Assembly (NCBI GenBank): GCA_963665775.2
Contig: CAXXTF010000002.1
Coordinates: forward strand, 896,001-960,000
Reading direction: 5' to 3'
From: Dehalococcoidia bacterium
GTDB taxonomy: Bacteria > Chloroflexota > Dehalococcoidia > SM23-28-2 > RBG-16-64-32
Length of the DNA stretch: 64,000 nucleotides
The notes beneath the pieces were generated by a model. It made no database searches. It worked only from the letters and a program-made list of their open reading frames with translations, and was not told the origin of the DNA. Position numbers and translations under genes: made by a program. The stretch's first letter is position 1, and each line of letters starts with the position of its first letter. Shown piece by piece: positions 47,876 to 57,191 of the stretch.

Positions 47876-48274
47876 CTAGCGTCGCCTCCCTTGCTTGACC
47901 AGGCGCGGCCCCAGCGCCCCTTCCATGGCCGCCAGCCGGCTCTCGAGCTCTCCCTTCTCCAGAAGGTTGACCGCGACCTGCGCCAGATAGGCGAGGGTGC
48001 GGCTGCGGGCGACGCTGTTCTCCAGGCTGAGAGTATCGAGGATCGCCACTTCGAGTAGCCGCCTGATCCGGAGGATGCTTCCCAGCCCCTCGAAGTCGTA
48101 GGCGCCGGAGACCGCCTTCTCCTTGCGGCGCCGCAGCCCGCCCAGGCGCCTGGCCTCGGCCACCTCCTCGGCGTGCTCGGGCGAGTGCATTAGACAGAGT
48201 TCGGCATCGTGGAGCGGAGGTGCCCGGCAAGGGCTGCCGTCCCCTTTGAGGGTGTTGCAGGCCTGAGATGCCAC
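47876..48274 (-). CDS. Mobile-element hypothetical protein with an N-terminal C-C-C-H motif
   Basis: CNTLKGDGSPCRAPP...CLMH, ARRLGGLRR; partial paralog near 55118-55230. Confidence 0.75.
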   Translation of the reverse strand: MASQACNTLKGDGSPCRAPPLHDAELCLMHSPEHAEEVAEARRLGGLRRRKEKAVSGAYDFEGLGSILRIRRLLEVAILDTLSLENSVARSRTLAYLAQVAVNLLEKGELESRLAAMEGALGPRLVKQGRRR

Positions 48275-48364
48275 TATTTGCCACCTCTGCTGACAAGGGG
48301 TGATGGTGGCCTGGAATGAGGCCCAAACGAGTAGGCAGACCCCTGGCGGGGCCTGCCCCTGACG

Positions 48365-48778
48365 CTATTCGGCGGCCGCTGCCAAGCCGTCCGCCCGGTG
48401 CCCGCGGGGGCACTCCGCCGGCGCCCGGTCGTCCGCCACCTCGAAGGCCTCCCCGCAGGCGCTGCAGAAGTATCCGCCGTCCTCCAGACGGCTGACCAAC
48501 CCGTTGCCCGGGTTGGCCTTCCCCTTGCCAGACTTCTTTACCGCCCTCTTCGACTTGGCCTCCTCGTTGCCCGAAACGCTCCAGAACCGCCAGCCGTTGC
48601 AGGCCGTGCCGCCCATCACGGCGCTGCCGGCGGCCGAGGGGCTCTTGAACTCCCGGCCGTCCTCCAGACGGTAGCGTGTGCTCCCATCCCCCTGGACCAG
48701 CTCGGCGGTGTATTCCCGGCCCTTGTAGCGGGCCGCCAGACGCGTGCCCGACCTGAGGTTCCGGTCCGTGATGCTCAT
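48365..48778 (-). CDS. RAMA/DUF2924-like DNA-binding domain with a C-terminal Zn ribbon
   Basis: LAARYKG, FKSPSAAG...NGWRFW; CSAC...CPRGH; GAGGAGGTG RBS. Confidence 0.8.
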   Translation of the reverse strand: MSITDRNLRSGTRLAARYKGREYTAELVQGDGSTRYRLEDGREFKSPSAAGSAVMGGTACNGWRFWSVSGNEEAKSKRAVKKSGKGKANPGNGLVSRLEDGGYFCSACGEAFEVADDRAPAECPRGHRADGLAAAAE

Positions 48779-48913
48779 GCAACACCTCCTCTTGAATTTG
48801 TGCTGTACTACTCACTCTCGTCGGCGCGGAAGTCAACGGGTCGGGGCGCTCACCCCGGCGGTTTCTCGCAACTCCAGGGGTGAGCCACTCACTAACCGGC
48901 GTTAGTGTCGGGT

Positions 48914-49546
48914 TCACTCCGGCCGCTCCTTCTCCGCCCTCTCGCCCGTGAACGCCTCCCAACGGACGATCGCCACCCGGCAGTAGCGGGGGTCCAGCTC
49001 CATCCCGTAGCACCTGCGCCCCGTCCTCTCGGCGGCGATCAAGGCCGTCCCCGAGCCTAGGAACGGCTCCGCCGCGATGTCGTTGGGCTTGCTGCCGTTC
49101 TCCATCGCCCGCACGTAGAGGGAGACCGGCTTCATCGTGGGATGCTGGGGGGAGGACTGGGGCCGGTCTTCCTGCCACACCGAGTCCTCCTTGCGGGAGC
49201 CCTGCCAGCTGCTCTTGCCCTTCCAGCCGTAGAAGATGTGCTCGTGGCGGTAGTGGTAGTGGGAGCGCCCCAGCACCAGCCTGTCCTTCACCCAGATCAA
49301 CCACTGGCGGTGCTCGATGCCGGCGGCCGCGATGGAGGCGCAGAGGGTAGAAATAAGAGGCCCCGGCGGGCAGAACACGTAGGCGTCGCCTTCCAAGGGC
49401 CAGGCGGAAAAGACCTGCGTCCAGAATTCGGCCTGGTCCTGGCCCAGGTCGTCGTTGGCGATGGGACGCCTCCGCTTCCGGCCCCCCGGCTCGTAGGCCA
49501 CGCCGTAGGGCGGGTCCGTCACCAAAAGCGTCGCCGTCTCACCCCC
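48914..49546 (-). pseudogene. 3' half of a beta-class N6A/N4C DNA methyltransferase (ParB part lost)
   Basis: TDPPY, HPTMKPV, EPFLGSGT, GMELDPRYC; paralog of 52217-53257. Confidence 0.9.
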
Positions 49547-49559
49547 TCAAGATTGAGCC

Positions 49560-50164
49560 TCGATTGGCGGCGCCACGGCGATTCTTTTCCACAGAGCACG
49601 ACCACGATCAGGCTGGCTCCCAAAGCGCATGGGACCGCAAGGCAAGTTCGAGGGCGATTCTTTGAGTGGCGTAAGAGGGCTGGCCTGGCGGCCGGAGTCT
49701 ATGACCTCCAGGCCTTCATAGCGGATGGGCAGCCGCGCTCGTTCATCCTGCTGGCCGTCCCCAATGAAGAGGCCGTCAAGGTCTCGTCCGGCCAGGCTTT
49801 CGAGGTTGAGTTCCTCGCCTCAGGTCAGGGCCCGGACGAAGTTCTGGCGTGGCTCCAATCCTGTTATCTGGACGAGGCTGCTTCCTGGCAAACATCAGAC
49901 GAGTTGCTGGCGCTCCTAGCGGAGACCAGCGGCCGGCGTCGCTTCCAGGGCTTTGGTAGCGCATATCAGAGGCCTGACCAGGAAGCCACCGATCCTGAAT
50001 CCCAGCCGTTGGGCCGGGTCTCTGGCGGGTCGGGGAGAGTGAAGCAGGCGGAGATGAGCTGTCCTTTCTGTGGGGGCCGGGTCGAGTTTATCGGCGTCTC
50101 GGTCGGACTCGATTCCACCGAGAAAGCCCAGAAGGGCTATCTATGGCGAGGGCTGCCCCGATGA
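49560..50164 (+). pseudogene. 5'-truncated hypothetical protein with a C-terminal CPFCGG motif (possibly a Rep-like C-terminus)
   Basis: GRRRFQGFG and CPFCGG; stop overlaps the next start; no own start after the junction near 49548. Confidence 0.5.
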
Positions 50165-50367
50165 GGGAAGTGCTAGGCCAACCCGTTGACGGCCCAGGCA
50201 GCGAGGAGCGAATCAAGGGGGTTATCGCCATCCTCGCCGCCGGCCTCGAACGGCTGATGGCCCAGAGGATAACGTCTTCAAATAAGCCGACGGCCGAACT
50301 TGACTTCGGGGATGAGTTAGCGGTTACTACGCACTGCCAGCGGAACGCCGACCGAGAGGAGTGTTAG
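50161..50367 (+). CDS. Small protein upstream of the recombinase (candidate directionality factor)
   Basis: ATGA overlap with the upstream ORF; stop lies 4 nt before the recombinase start. Confidence 0.55.
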   Translation: MREVLGQPVDGPGSEERIKGVIAILAAGLERLMAQRITSSNKPTAELDFGDELAVTTHCQRNADREEC

Positions 50368-50371
50368 AGAG

Positions 50372-52183
50372 TTGGTCTCGGAGGCCCCTACCAGGATACG
50401 CCAGAACGAGGGTAAGCCGCAGCCGGCCCGACGCGTCGGCCTGGTGATGCGGGTTAGCACCGACCGCCAAGCGCTTAACGAGGAGGGCTCGCTCAAGAAC
50501 CAGCTCCAGCGCCTTCGCCAACACGTCGACTACAAACGGGCGGTCGCCGGCGAGGAATGGACAGAGGCAGAGATCTACGAACTCAGAGCCATCTCAGGCA
50601 AGGACTCCCTCCGCAGCCCTGAATTCCAGCGACTGTTCGCTGATATCCGCTCCGATCGCATCAACACCGTCCTCTGCACAGCCCTCGACCGCGTATCCCG
50701 CTCCGTGAAGGACTTCCTTCACTTCTTCGAGTTCATCAACGAGCACAACGTCGAGTTCGTCTGCCTGAAGCAGAACTACGATACGACGACCCCACAGGGC
50801 AGGCTGTTCGTAACGGTCATGATCGCCCTGGCCGAGTTCGAGCGGGAACAAACCTCCGAGCGCACCAGCGAGGCGGCGGCAGCCAGGGCGGAGCGGGGGC
50901 TGTGGAACGGTGGCCGTCTCCTTGGCTATGACCTGGACCCGGACAAGAAAGGGTCCTTGGTCCCGAACCCGGAAGAGGCGCTGCTGGTCAGTTTCGCCCT
51001 CGACGCCTACCTGGAGTGCGGCTCACTCAAGAATACCGCTCAGGCCCTCAACCGGCGTGGCTATCGGACAAAGGCGTATACGTCACGCCGCGACAGACAC
51101 CACCCAGGCAAGGAATTCACCCTTACGTCCGTCCAGTATCTCCTTAAGAACCCCGCTTACATCGGGATGAAGGAGCTTAATAAGAAACGCGGCCAAAGGG
51201 ATTCCAGCTACCGTCTGGTGGACGCCGTCTGGCCCCCCATCGTCGACGAGGCGAAATTCGAGCAGGTCCAGCGTCTTATGAGGGCCAACGGGCAATCCAA
51301 CCACAACGGCTCTCAGCCCGCCCGGCATTCATACGTCCTCAGCGGCCTCCTTCACTGCGGCCGTTGTCACTCCTTGATGGAGGGCAGGTGCGGGACCGGG
51401 CGGCTCGGCTCTCGATATTACTACTACGTGTGTCGCAATAGAGACTGCGGCCTGCGTGTCAGCGCTGACGAGATCGAGGGGGCAACCCTTGGCCGCATTC
51501 GCGAGCTGGCGAGCTCGCCGGACATCCTTGAGCGTCTTGTTAACGAGACCAACGGCAGGATTGCCGGCGAACGGCCCAAGCTGATTGCTCGGCGGGATGA
51601 CCTCGGGAAGAAGCTGCACGATCTCAAGAATCAGGCAGACAAGGTCCTCGTTGAATGGTCGGCTCTCGAAGAGCAGGCGGGAAGAGCCTTCCTCACAGAG
51701 AAGTTGGGGAATTTAGCTCCGCGCCGAAGCGACCTGGAGCGCGGCATCGCCGAAGTCGAAGAAGCCCTGGCGGCTATGGACAGGGAACGGGTGACGGTGG
51801 AGGTGGTTCGGACCGCCCTCGGCGACTTCGGCCGGCTCTACGCCTGCCTCACCCCGTTTGAGCGAAAGGAGCTAATCAAGCTGATACTTCGCCGGGCGGA
51901 AGTCGGCGTCCGCCAGATCGCGCTGGAGCTGTATCCAATTCCATCAACGGAGATGGCGGCGCAGGGCCGTGTACGCTTTGAGGCACCAAACTGGCTCCCC
52001 GAGTCGCTGCCGCAAAGCGTACTGCGCGACGCCTTTGCTATCCGCCTTCCCAGTATAACTGGCTGGGTTCGAAGGGCACGACGCCGATTCGATAGAGCCT
52101 CCAGATCCCAACGGCGTAATGACCCCAGCCTCTGTAGGGCATCTTCTCCTCCTAGGATTACTGTGCCTAAGTTGGGGGGTTAA
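50372..52183 (+). CDS. Large serine recombinase (integrase), complete
   Basis: MRVST catalytic motif, ISGK..R.PEF, LDRVSRS, AEFERE, recombinase domain (LLKNPAYIG), Zn ribbon CGRC...YYVC...C, coiled coil. Confidence 0.96.
   Translation: MVSEAPTRIRQNEGKPQPARRVGLVMRVSTDRQALNEEGSLKNQLQRLRQHVDYKRAVAGEEWTEAEIYELRAISGKDSLRSPEFQRLFADIRSDRINTVLCTALDRVSRSVKDFLHFFEFINEHNVEFVCLKQNYDTTTPQGRLFVTVMIALAEFEREQTSERTSEAAAARAERGLWNGGRLLGYDLDPDKKGSLVPNPEEALLVSFALDAYLECGSLKNTAQALNRRGYRTKAYTSRRDRHHPGKEFTLTSVQYLLKNPAYIGMKELNKKRGQRDSSYRLVDAVWPPIVDEAKFEQVQRLMRANGQSNHNGSQPARHSYVLSGLLHCGRCHSLMEGRCGTGRLGSRYYYYVCRNRDCGLRVSADEIEGATLGRIRELASSPDILERLVNETNGRIAGERPKLIARRDDLGKKLHDLKNQADKVLVEWSALEEQAGRAFLTEKLGNLAPRRSDLERGIAEVEEALAAMDRERVTVEVVRTALGDFGRLYACLTPFERKELIKLILRRAEVGVRQIALELYPIPSTEMAAQGRVRFEAPNWLPESLPQSVLRDAFAIRLPSITGWVRRARRRFDRASRSQRRNDPSLCRASSPPRITVPKLGG
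51989..52001 (-). other. att-like core matching the tRNA-Asn 3' end and flank
   Basis: AACTGGCTCCCCG is the reverse complement of 38720-38732. Confidence 0.75.
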
Positions 52184-52216
52184 GGGTTGCGGATTCAGCA
52201 AGGCGGAGGCGGACGG

Positions 52217-53665
52217 GTGGCGGTGGAAGGCGAGGACGACAACAGAACACATCTCACTATCGAACATGTGGAGCTCGACCGGCTTAAGCCCGACCCCTTC
52301 AACCCTCGACGGATCGCAGAGCAGGATCTCGACGCCCTAACCAGGAGCATCCAAGAATTTGGATTCGTTGACCCCATCATCGCCCGGCGGGAGGACCGCG
52401 CCGTCATCGGCGGCCACCAACGACTGCTGGCGGCAAGGCGTCTGGGCTTGGCCAGCGTCCCTGTCATCTTCGTTGACCTCTCGCCTGAGCAGGCTAAGCT
52501 CCTCAACCTCTCCCTCAACAAAATCAGTGGCGCCTGGGACGAAGAGCTCCTAGCCCGCCTCCTGGCTGAGCTTAACGAGACTCCGAACGTTGACATCACC
52601 TTTTCCGGCTTCGCAGAGGACGAGATCGCCAAGCTGCTCAAGACCTTGGAGCTACGGGAGAAGCGGGAGCGTACCGAGGTGTTCGATTTCGACGCCGCAT
52701 GGGAAGCGGCAACCGCCGATCCCGGCGTTAGGCGGGGAGACATCTGGCTCCTGGGCGACCACCGGCTTATGTGCGGAGACTCGGCCGACAGGGGCGACGT
52801 GTCGCGCCTGATGGCGGGTCAGACGGCGACGCTGATGGTGACGGACCCACCCTACGGCGTGGCCTACGAACCGCAGGGGCGGACGCGCAGGCGTCCCATA
52901 GCCAACGACAACCTAGGCCAGGGCCAGGCCGAGTTCTGGACACGGGCCTTCTCGGGTTGGCCCTTGGAAGGCGACGCCTACGTGTTCAGCCCCGCGGGAC
53001 CGCTTGACCTGACCCTCTGCCGGTCCATCGTGGAAGCGGGCATCGAGCACCACCAGTGGCTGATCTGGGTGAAGGACAGACTCGTGCTCGGGCATTCCCA
53101 CTACCACTACCGCCACGAGCACATCTTCTACGGCTGGAAGGGCAGGACAAGCTGGAACGGCTCCCGCAAGGAGGAGTCGGTGTGGGAAGAAGACCGGCCC
53201 TTAGCTTCCCCGCAGCACCCAACAATGAAGCCGGCCTCCCTCTTCGTTCGGGCCATGGCCATCTTTACCCCTTTCTTTTCACGCCCAAGACTAACATTAC
53301 TCCTGGACCAGTTCTTGGGGGGCAGGTCAATACGAGCCGTGCTTGAAAGCGAGCGTCGGGTCTTCGCAGCGGCTGACATCACTTCCTTCGGAACGATTTG
53401 TGAGAGCGATCCGGTTGAACCTGAGGGTGACTATACCAACGACGAATCTTGTCGCGAGCGGACGTTTGAAGAGTACCTAAATGGGCAGTCTCGCTTGGAA
53501 TTCTACGACGAGAACATGACGGTGATGGATGTGTGGATAGGGGAGACCGGCCTGATCAATAAGATACGCTTTCAGATCCCCCCTGATGAGCATGGAAGGA
53601 TAGAGCAGGTCATCACCTTCGAATATTCAGAGTTTGGTGAGGTAGTGATCGAGCGTCCTGTTTAG
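52217..53665 (+). CDS. ParB-like domain + DNA methyltransferase, truncated near 53257 and fused in frame to an unrelated LppX-like lipoprotein C-terminus
   Basis: NPRRI, FGFVDPII, IGGHQRL, GDHRLMCGDS, TDPPY, HPTMKP; after FVRAM it diverges from the 48914-49546 paralog; ends DVWIG...FEYSEFGEVVIERPV. Confidence 0.85.
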   Translation: MAVEGEDDNRTHLTIEHVELDRLKPDPFNPRRIAEQDLDALTRSIQEFGFVDPIIARREDRAVIGGHQRLLAARRLGLASVPVIFVDLSPEQAKLLNLSLNKISGAWDEELLARLLAELNETPNVDITFSGFAEDEIAKLLKTLELREKRERTEVFDFDAAWEAATADPGVRRGDIWLLGDHRLMCGDSADRGDVSRLMAGQTATLMVTDPPYGVAYEPQGRTRRRPIANDNLGQGQAEFWTRAFSGWPLEGDAYVFSPAGPLDLTLCRSIVEAGIEHHQWLIWVKDRLVLGHSHYHYRHEHIFYGWKGRTSWNGSRKEESVWEEDRPLASPQHPTMKPASLFVRAMAIFTPFFSRPRLTLLLDQFLGGRSIRAVLESERRVFAAADITSFGTICESDPVEPEGDYTNDESCRERTFEEYLNGQSRLEFYDENMTVMDVWIGETGLINKIRFQIPPDEHGRIEQVITFEYSEFGEVVIERPV

Positions 53666-54026
53666 CCCCACCACCCCCACGGCTACAGCTACTGTAGTAC
53701 GAAAGCTGAGGCGAACCGGGAGCTCATTTTCGGCAACGAAGCACCAGAGAATTTAGGCCAACTCATGATTGACCAAGCGATCAAGTGGGCTAGGCTGAAT
53801 GAGTGGCTAATAACAAACTTTCGGGAGATGGTTAGAAGTTCGGTCGAGGGAGAGAAAGATGGCGCACTTGATCACCTGCTCCTGGCGATGCTGTGGGAAT
53901 GGCCTGACTACTCCGTCGAGGAAAATGTCGCATCTCCCCAATCACGGAATCCGGTTTGCAGGTCCTCCGCACATGACGCCCCGCAGGAAGGCCAGACAGA
54001 GCAGGCTGGGGAAGCCAGACGCGGCT

Positions 54027-54659
54027 TCATGCCCCCAGACCCAAAGACGGCTGCCGCGTCATGCCCCAGAGGGGGATACCGTTCGGCAATGTCAACTCCG
54101 CCGTCACCAGGAAGCCGAACCGCTCGTAGTAGCCGAAGTTGTCCGGCGCTGACGTGTCGAGAAATGCGGGCAGGGCGTCGTCATCTATACGCGGAAGCAT
54201 CTGGTTGATGAGGGCGCTTCCCAAACCGGTGCGCTGCGCCGAAGGATCGACACCGATGCCGTTGAGGTACCAGCACGGGCCAGGCGGTTTGAGCGCGGCG
54301 AGCACGGGGGCAAGAGCTTACCGTCGCCGCCAGGCCGGGATGCCGAGCCGGACGGGCGCAGCCCAGAGGCCGGACCGCAACAGCGTCAGAGCACTGTGCT
54401 TGGGTTTTTGGGGTGAACCCCAGATAGCGACGCCCAGCACGGCATCACCGGATCCACCATGGGCGACGTACACGGCTCCGCCGGAGTGGACGCAAGCGCG
54501 GATGGTTGCGCCCCAGACCCAGGGTAGTCTTGCGTGCCGCTGCGCGTCGTTGGGAAGGAGAAACGTGTAGCGGGGAGCATTCGCGAAGGCGTTGGCCATG
54601 ACCCGCGCGGCGGAAGGGATTTGGTTCAGGCGTATCGGGGAGATGAGGGGCCCAGTCAT
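54027..54659 (-). pseudogene. GNAT acetyltransferase interrupted by TAA at 54318-54320
   Basis: AARVMANAF...GVAIW, then in the same frame WYLNGIGVDPSAQRTGLGSAL...LDTS...YERFGF. Confidence 0.85.
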
Positions 54660-54782
54660 GAAAGAATTTTACCTGATCCGTCCCGGGAAGCGGTGTAAGA
54701 GGGCGAGGGTGAGGCGATTGCGATGGAAGCGGCCGGTCGGGGGTCATTGCGCCCCGACATTTGGCTGAGAGGCAATCACCCA

Positions 54783-54977
54783 CTATTCGCCATCCAGCAG
54801 TCCGTTCCGCACGGCCCAGACCGCCATTTCCTGCTTCGAGCCGACGATCAGCTTGCCCTGCATGGCGTAGACGGCGATCCGGATGGTCACCGGCTTGAGT
54901 TCCCTGGGCTCCGCTATCCTGGCGTATGACATGCCCCGGCAGAACGAAGCGAGTATCTCCAGGCCCCTCTCCGTCAC
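54783..54977 (-). pseudogene. LuxR/NarL HTH C-terminal fragment
   Basis: TERGLEIL..FCRGMSYARIAE...TIR...KQEMAVWAVRNGLL. Confidence 0.8.
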
Positions 54978-55117
54978 TCCGCCCAGTCCCTTTTCTCCTC
55001 CCTCCCCGTTCTCCGGGCTCTGCCTCGCCTCCTCCGATTGCAGCCGGTCGGACCGTGGTCAGGAGGACGGGCTACCTCCAGAAGGTGTCGGGGGTGGAGC
55101 GCCGTCCTTGCGTGCCC

Positions 55118-55230
55118 GGCCACCTCCTCGGCGTGCTTGGGCGAGTGCATTAGACAGAGTTCGGCATCGTGGAGCGGAGGTGCCTGGCAAGGGCTGCCGT
55201 CCTCTTCACGAGCTTGCAGACGCGTGGGGT
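55118..55230 (-). pseudogene. Fragment of a paralog of 47876-48274
   Basis: CGGCCACCTCCTCGGCGTGC...GGCAAGGGCTGCCGTCC nearly identical to about 48157-48243. Confidence 0.85.
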
Positions 55231-55442
55231 AACCAACGGCAATCTCTGCTTATCGGGGGCCCTGCTTACCGCGGCCTGGAGCCAAGGCAGACCATGAAGG
55301 TATGGCCCTTCTGCAAGCTCTGGATTGATGGTCTCCTGCGCCGACGTTTGTGGCAGAAGGGCGACCGAGAATGATACATTAGGCTGGTCCTGCAGTAGGG
55401 TCGGCTCCAGCATGTACTCCGGCCTATTTCGAGGGGAAAAGC

Positions 55443-55868
55443 ATGTCCATCCTGATTCGTGCGGCAGCGGCTTATCTGGTTTTGGTGGCAGTAGCGGTAG
55501 CCGTGCTCTTCATTATTACCCCGCTGTACCACCCAGGCGGGGACGCGCCGTTCCCAGAGTGGAAGGTCCTCAACTGGTTCATGGCGGTAGGGATGGTGTT
55601 CACCCTGGTCGCCAGCTACGCAGAAAAGCGGCGTGTCGATGGCGACGGTTCGGCGGACCTGAAGCGCTACTTGGAAGCGAACACGGTTTTCTACGGGACG
55701 GCCGCCGTGTTCATCCTGTTCTTCTGGAACTGGTTCAGCTCTTTGTCTCCCAACAACCAGCCCGACGGACAGCTTTGGATCGTCATCGACACCCTGATGC
55801 CTATCGTAACGGGCGTCACCGGCTGTCGAATGTGGCGCAACGTGGAGGCCTACTTGCCGCGTCCGTAG
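55443..55868 (+). CDS. Four-TM hypothetical membrane protein
   Basis: GAGGGG RBS, four hydrophobic segments. Confidence 0.8.
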   Translation: MSILIRAAAAYLVLVAVAVAVLFIITPLYHPGGDAPFPEWKVLNWFMAVGMVFTLVASYAEKRRVDGDGSADLKRYLEANTVFYGTAAVFILFFWNWFSSLSPNNQPDGQLWIVIDTLMPIVTGVTGCRMWRNVEAYLPRP

Positions 55869-56043
55869 TTGCGAGCTGCACAGCTAGAAAAATGAGCGTT
55901 CGTTGTTATGGGTAGAGGGCTCGCCGCTGACTAACGAAGCCGTACGCCAAGCAGCCTGCTGGACCTCATCGGTTCCTGGATTGAGGCTCTCATTCGTGAC
56001 GACTCATGACAGCCTAAAACACATTCGCTGCTCACGGGAGAAT

Positions 56044-57191
56044 CTATACAGAAGCCGTCTGCAGCGTAGGGTGACCGACGCTCCTGGAACGCCTTCGAGC
56101 CCATCGCTTAAAGGAATGCAGCTCGATCTTGACGACATCCCGAAGTACGCTCTGAGGAACCAGCCCGGGGAGCCAGTCTGGTGGCTCAGAGCGTGAACGG
56201 CTCTGGGCCGCCTCCATTTCTTGGGCCTGAATCGGATACAGCTCCAGCGCGACCTGGCGGACGCCCACTTCCGCCCGGCGAAGTATCAGCTTGATTAGCT
56301 CCTTTCGCTCAAACGGGGTGAGGCAGGCGTAGAGCCAGCCGAAGTCGCCGAGGGCGACCCGAACCACCTCCACCGTCACCCGTTCCCTGTCCATAGCCGC
56401 CAGGGCTTCTTCGACTTCGGCGATGCCGCGCTCCAGGTCGCTTCGGCGCGGAGCTAAATTCCCCAACTTCTCTGTGAGGAAGGCTCTTCCCGCCTGCTCT
56501 TCGAGAGCCGACCATTCAACGAAGACTTTGTCTGCCTGATTCTTGAGCTCGTGCAGCTTCTTCGTAAGGTCATCCCGGCGAGTAACCAGCTTAGGCCGTT
56601 CGCCGGCAATCCTGCCGTTGGTCTCGTTAACAAGGCGTTCAAGGATGTCCGGCGCACATGCAAGCTCCCGGATGCGGCCAAGGGCAGCCCCCTCGATCTC
56701 GTCAGCGCCGACACGCAGGCCGCAGTCTCTATTGCGACACACGTAGTAGTAATATCGCGTGCCGAGCCGCCCCGTCCCGCATCTGCCCTCCATCAAGGAG
56801 TGACAACGGCCGCAGTGAAGGAGGCCGCTGAGGACGTATGAATGCCGGGCGGGCTGAGAGCCGTTGTGGTTGGATTGCCCGTTGGCCCTCATAAGACGCT
56901 GGACCTGCTCGAACTTCGCCTCGTCGACGATGGGGGGCCAGACGGCGTCCACCAGACGGTAGCTGGAATCCCGTTGGCCGCGTTTCTTATTAAGCTCCTT
57001 CATCCCAATGTAAGCGGGGTTCTTGAGGAGATACTGGACGGACGTAAGGGTGAATTCCTTGCCTGGGTGGTGTCTGTCGCGGCGTGACGTATACGTCTTT
57101 GTCCGATAGCCACGCCGGTTGAGGGCCTGAGCGGTATTCTTGAGTGAACCGCACTCCAGGTAGGCGTCGAAGGCGAAACTGACCAGCAGCG
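56044..57191 (-). pseudogene. 5'-truncated inverted paralog of the 50372-52183 recombinase (catalytic domain lost)
   Basis: Near-identical from LLVSFA to LELYPI; homology stops abruptly near 57191. Confidence 0.93.
56163..56177 (+). other. att-like core, 15-bp direct repeat of the tRNA-Asn 3' end and flank
   Basis: GCCCGGGGAGCCAGT identical to 38717-38731. Confidence 0.8.

Noticed and set aside
53765-54208. 147-aa ORF as a real gene
   Set aside because: No recognisable motif, and its 3' half is antisense to the GNAT pseudogene; possibly another short fragment
37909-54320. Stop-codon recoding (Sec/Pyl or alternative code) at in-frame stops 37909, 43411 and 54318
   Set aside because: Two are TAA and one is TAG in an already truncated gene; core genes use all three stops normally
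50979-57191. Inverted recombinase duplication as a whole-genome-amplification chimera
   Set aside because: The copies differ by many substitutions and have distinct att flanks; a strain-mixed assembly cannot be excluded without reads
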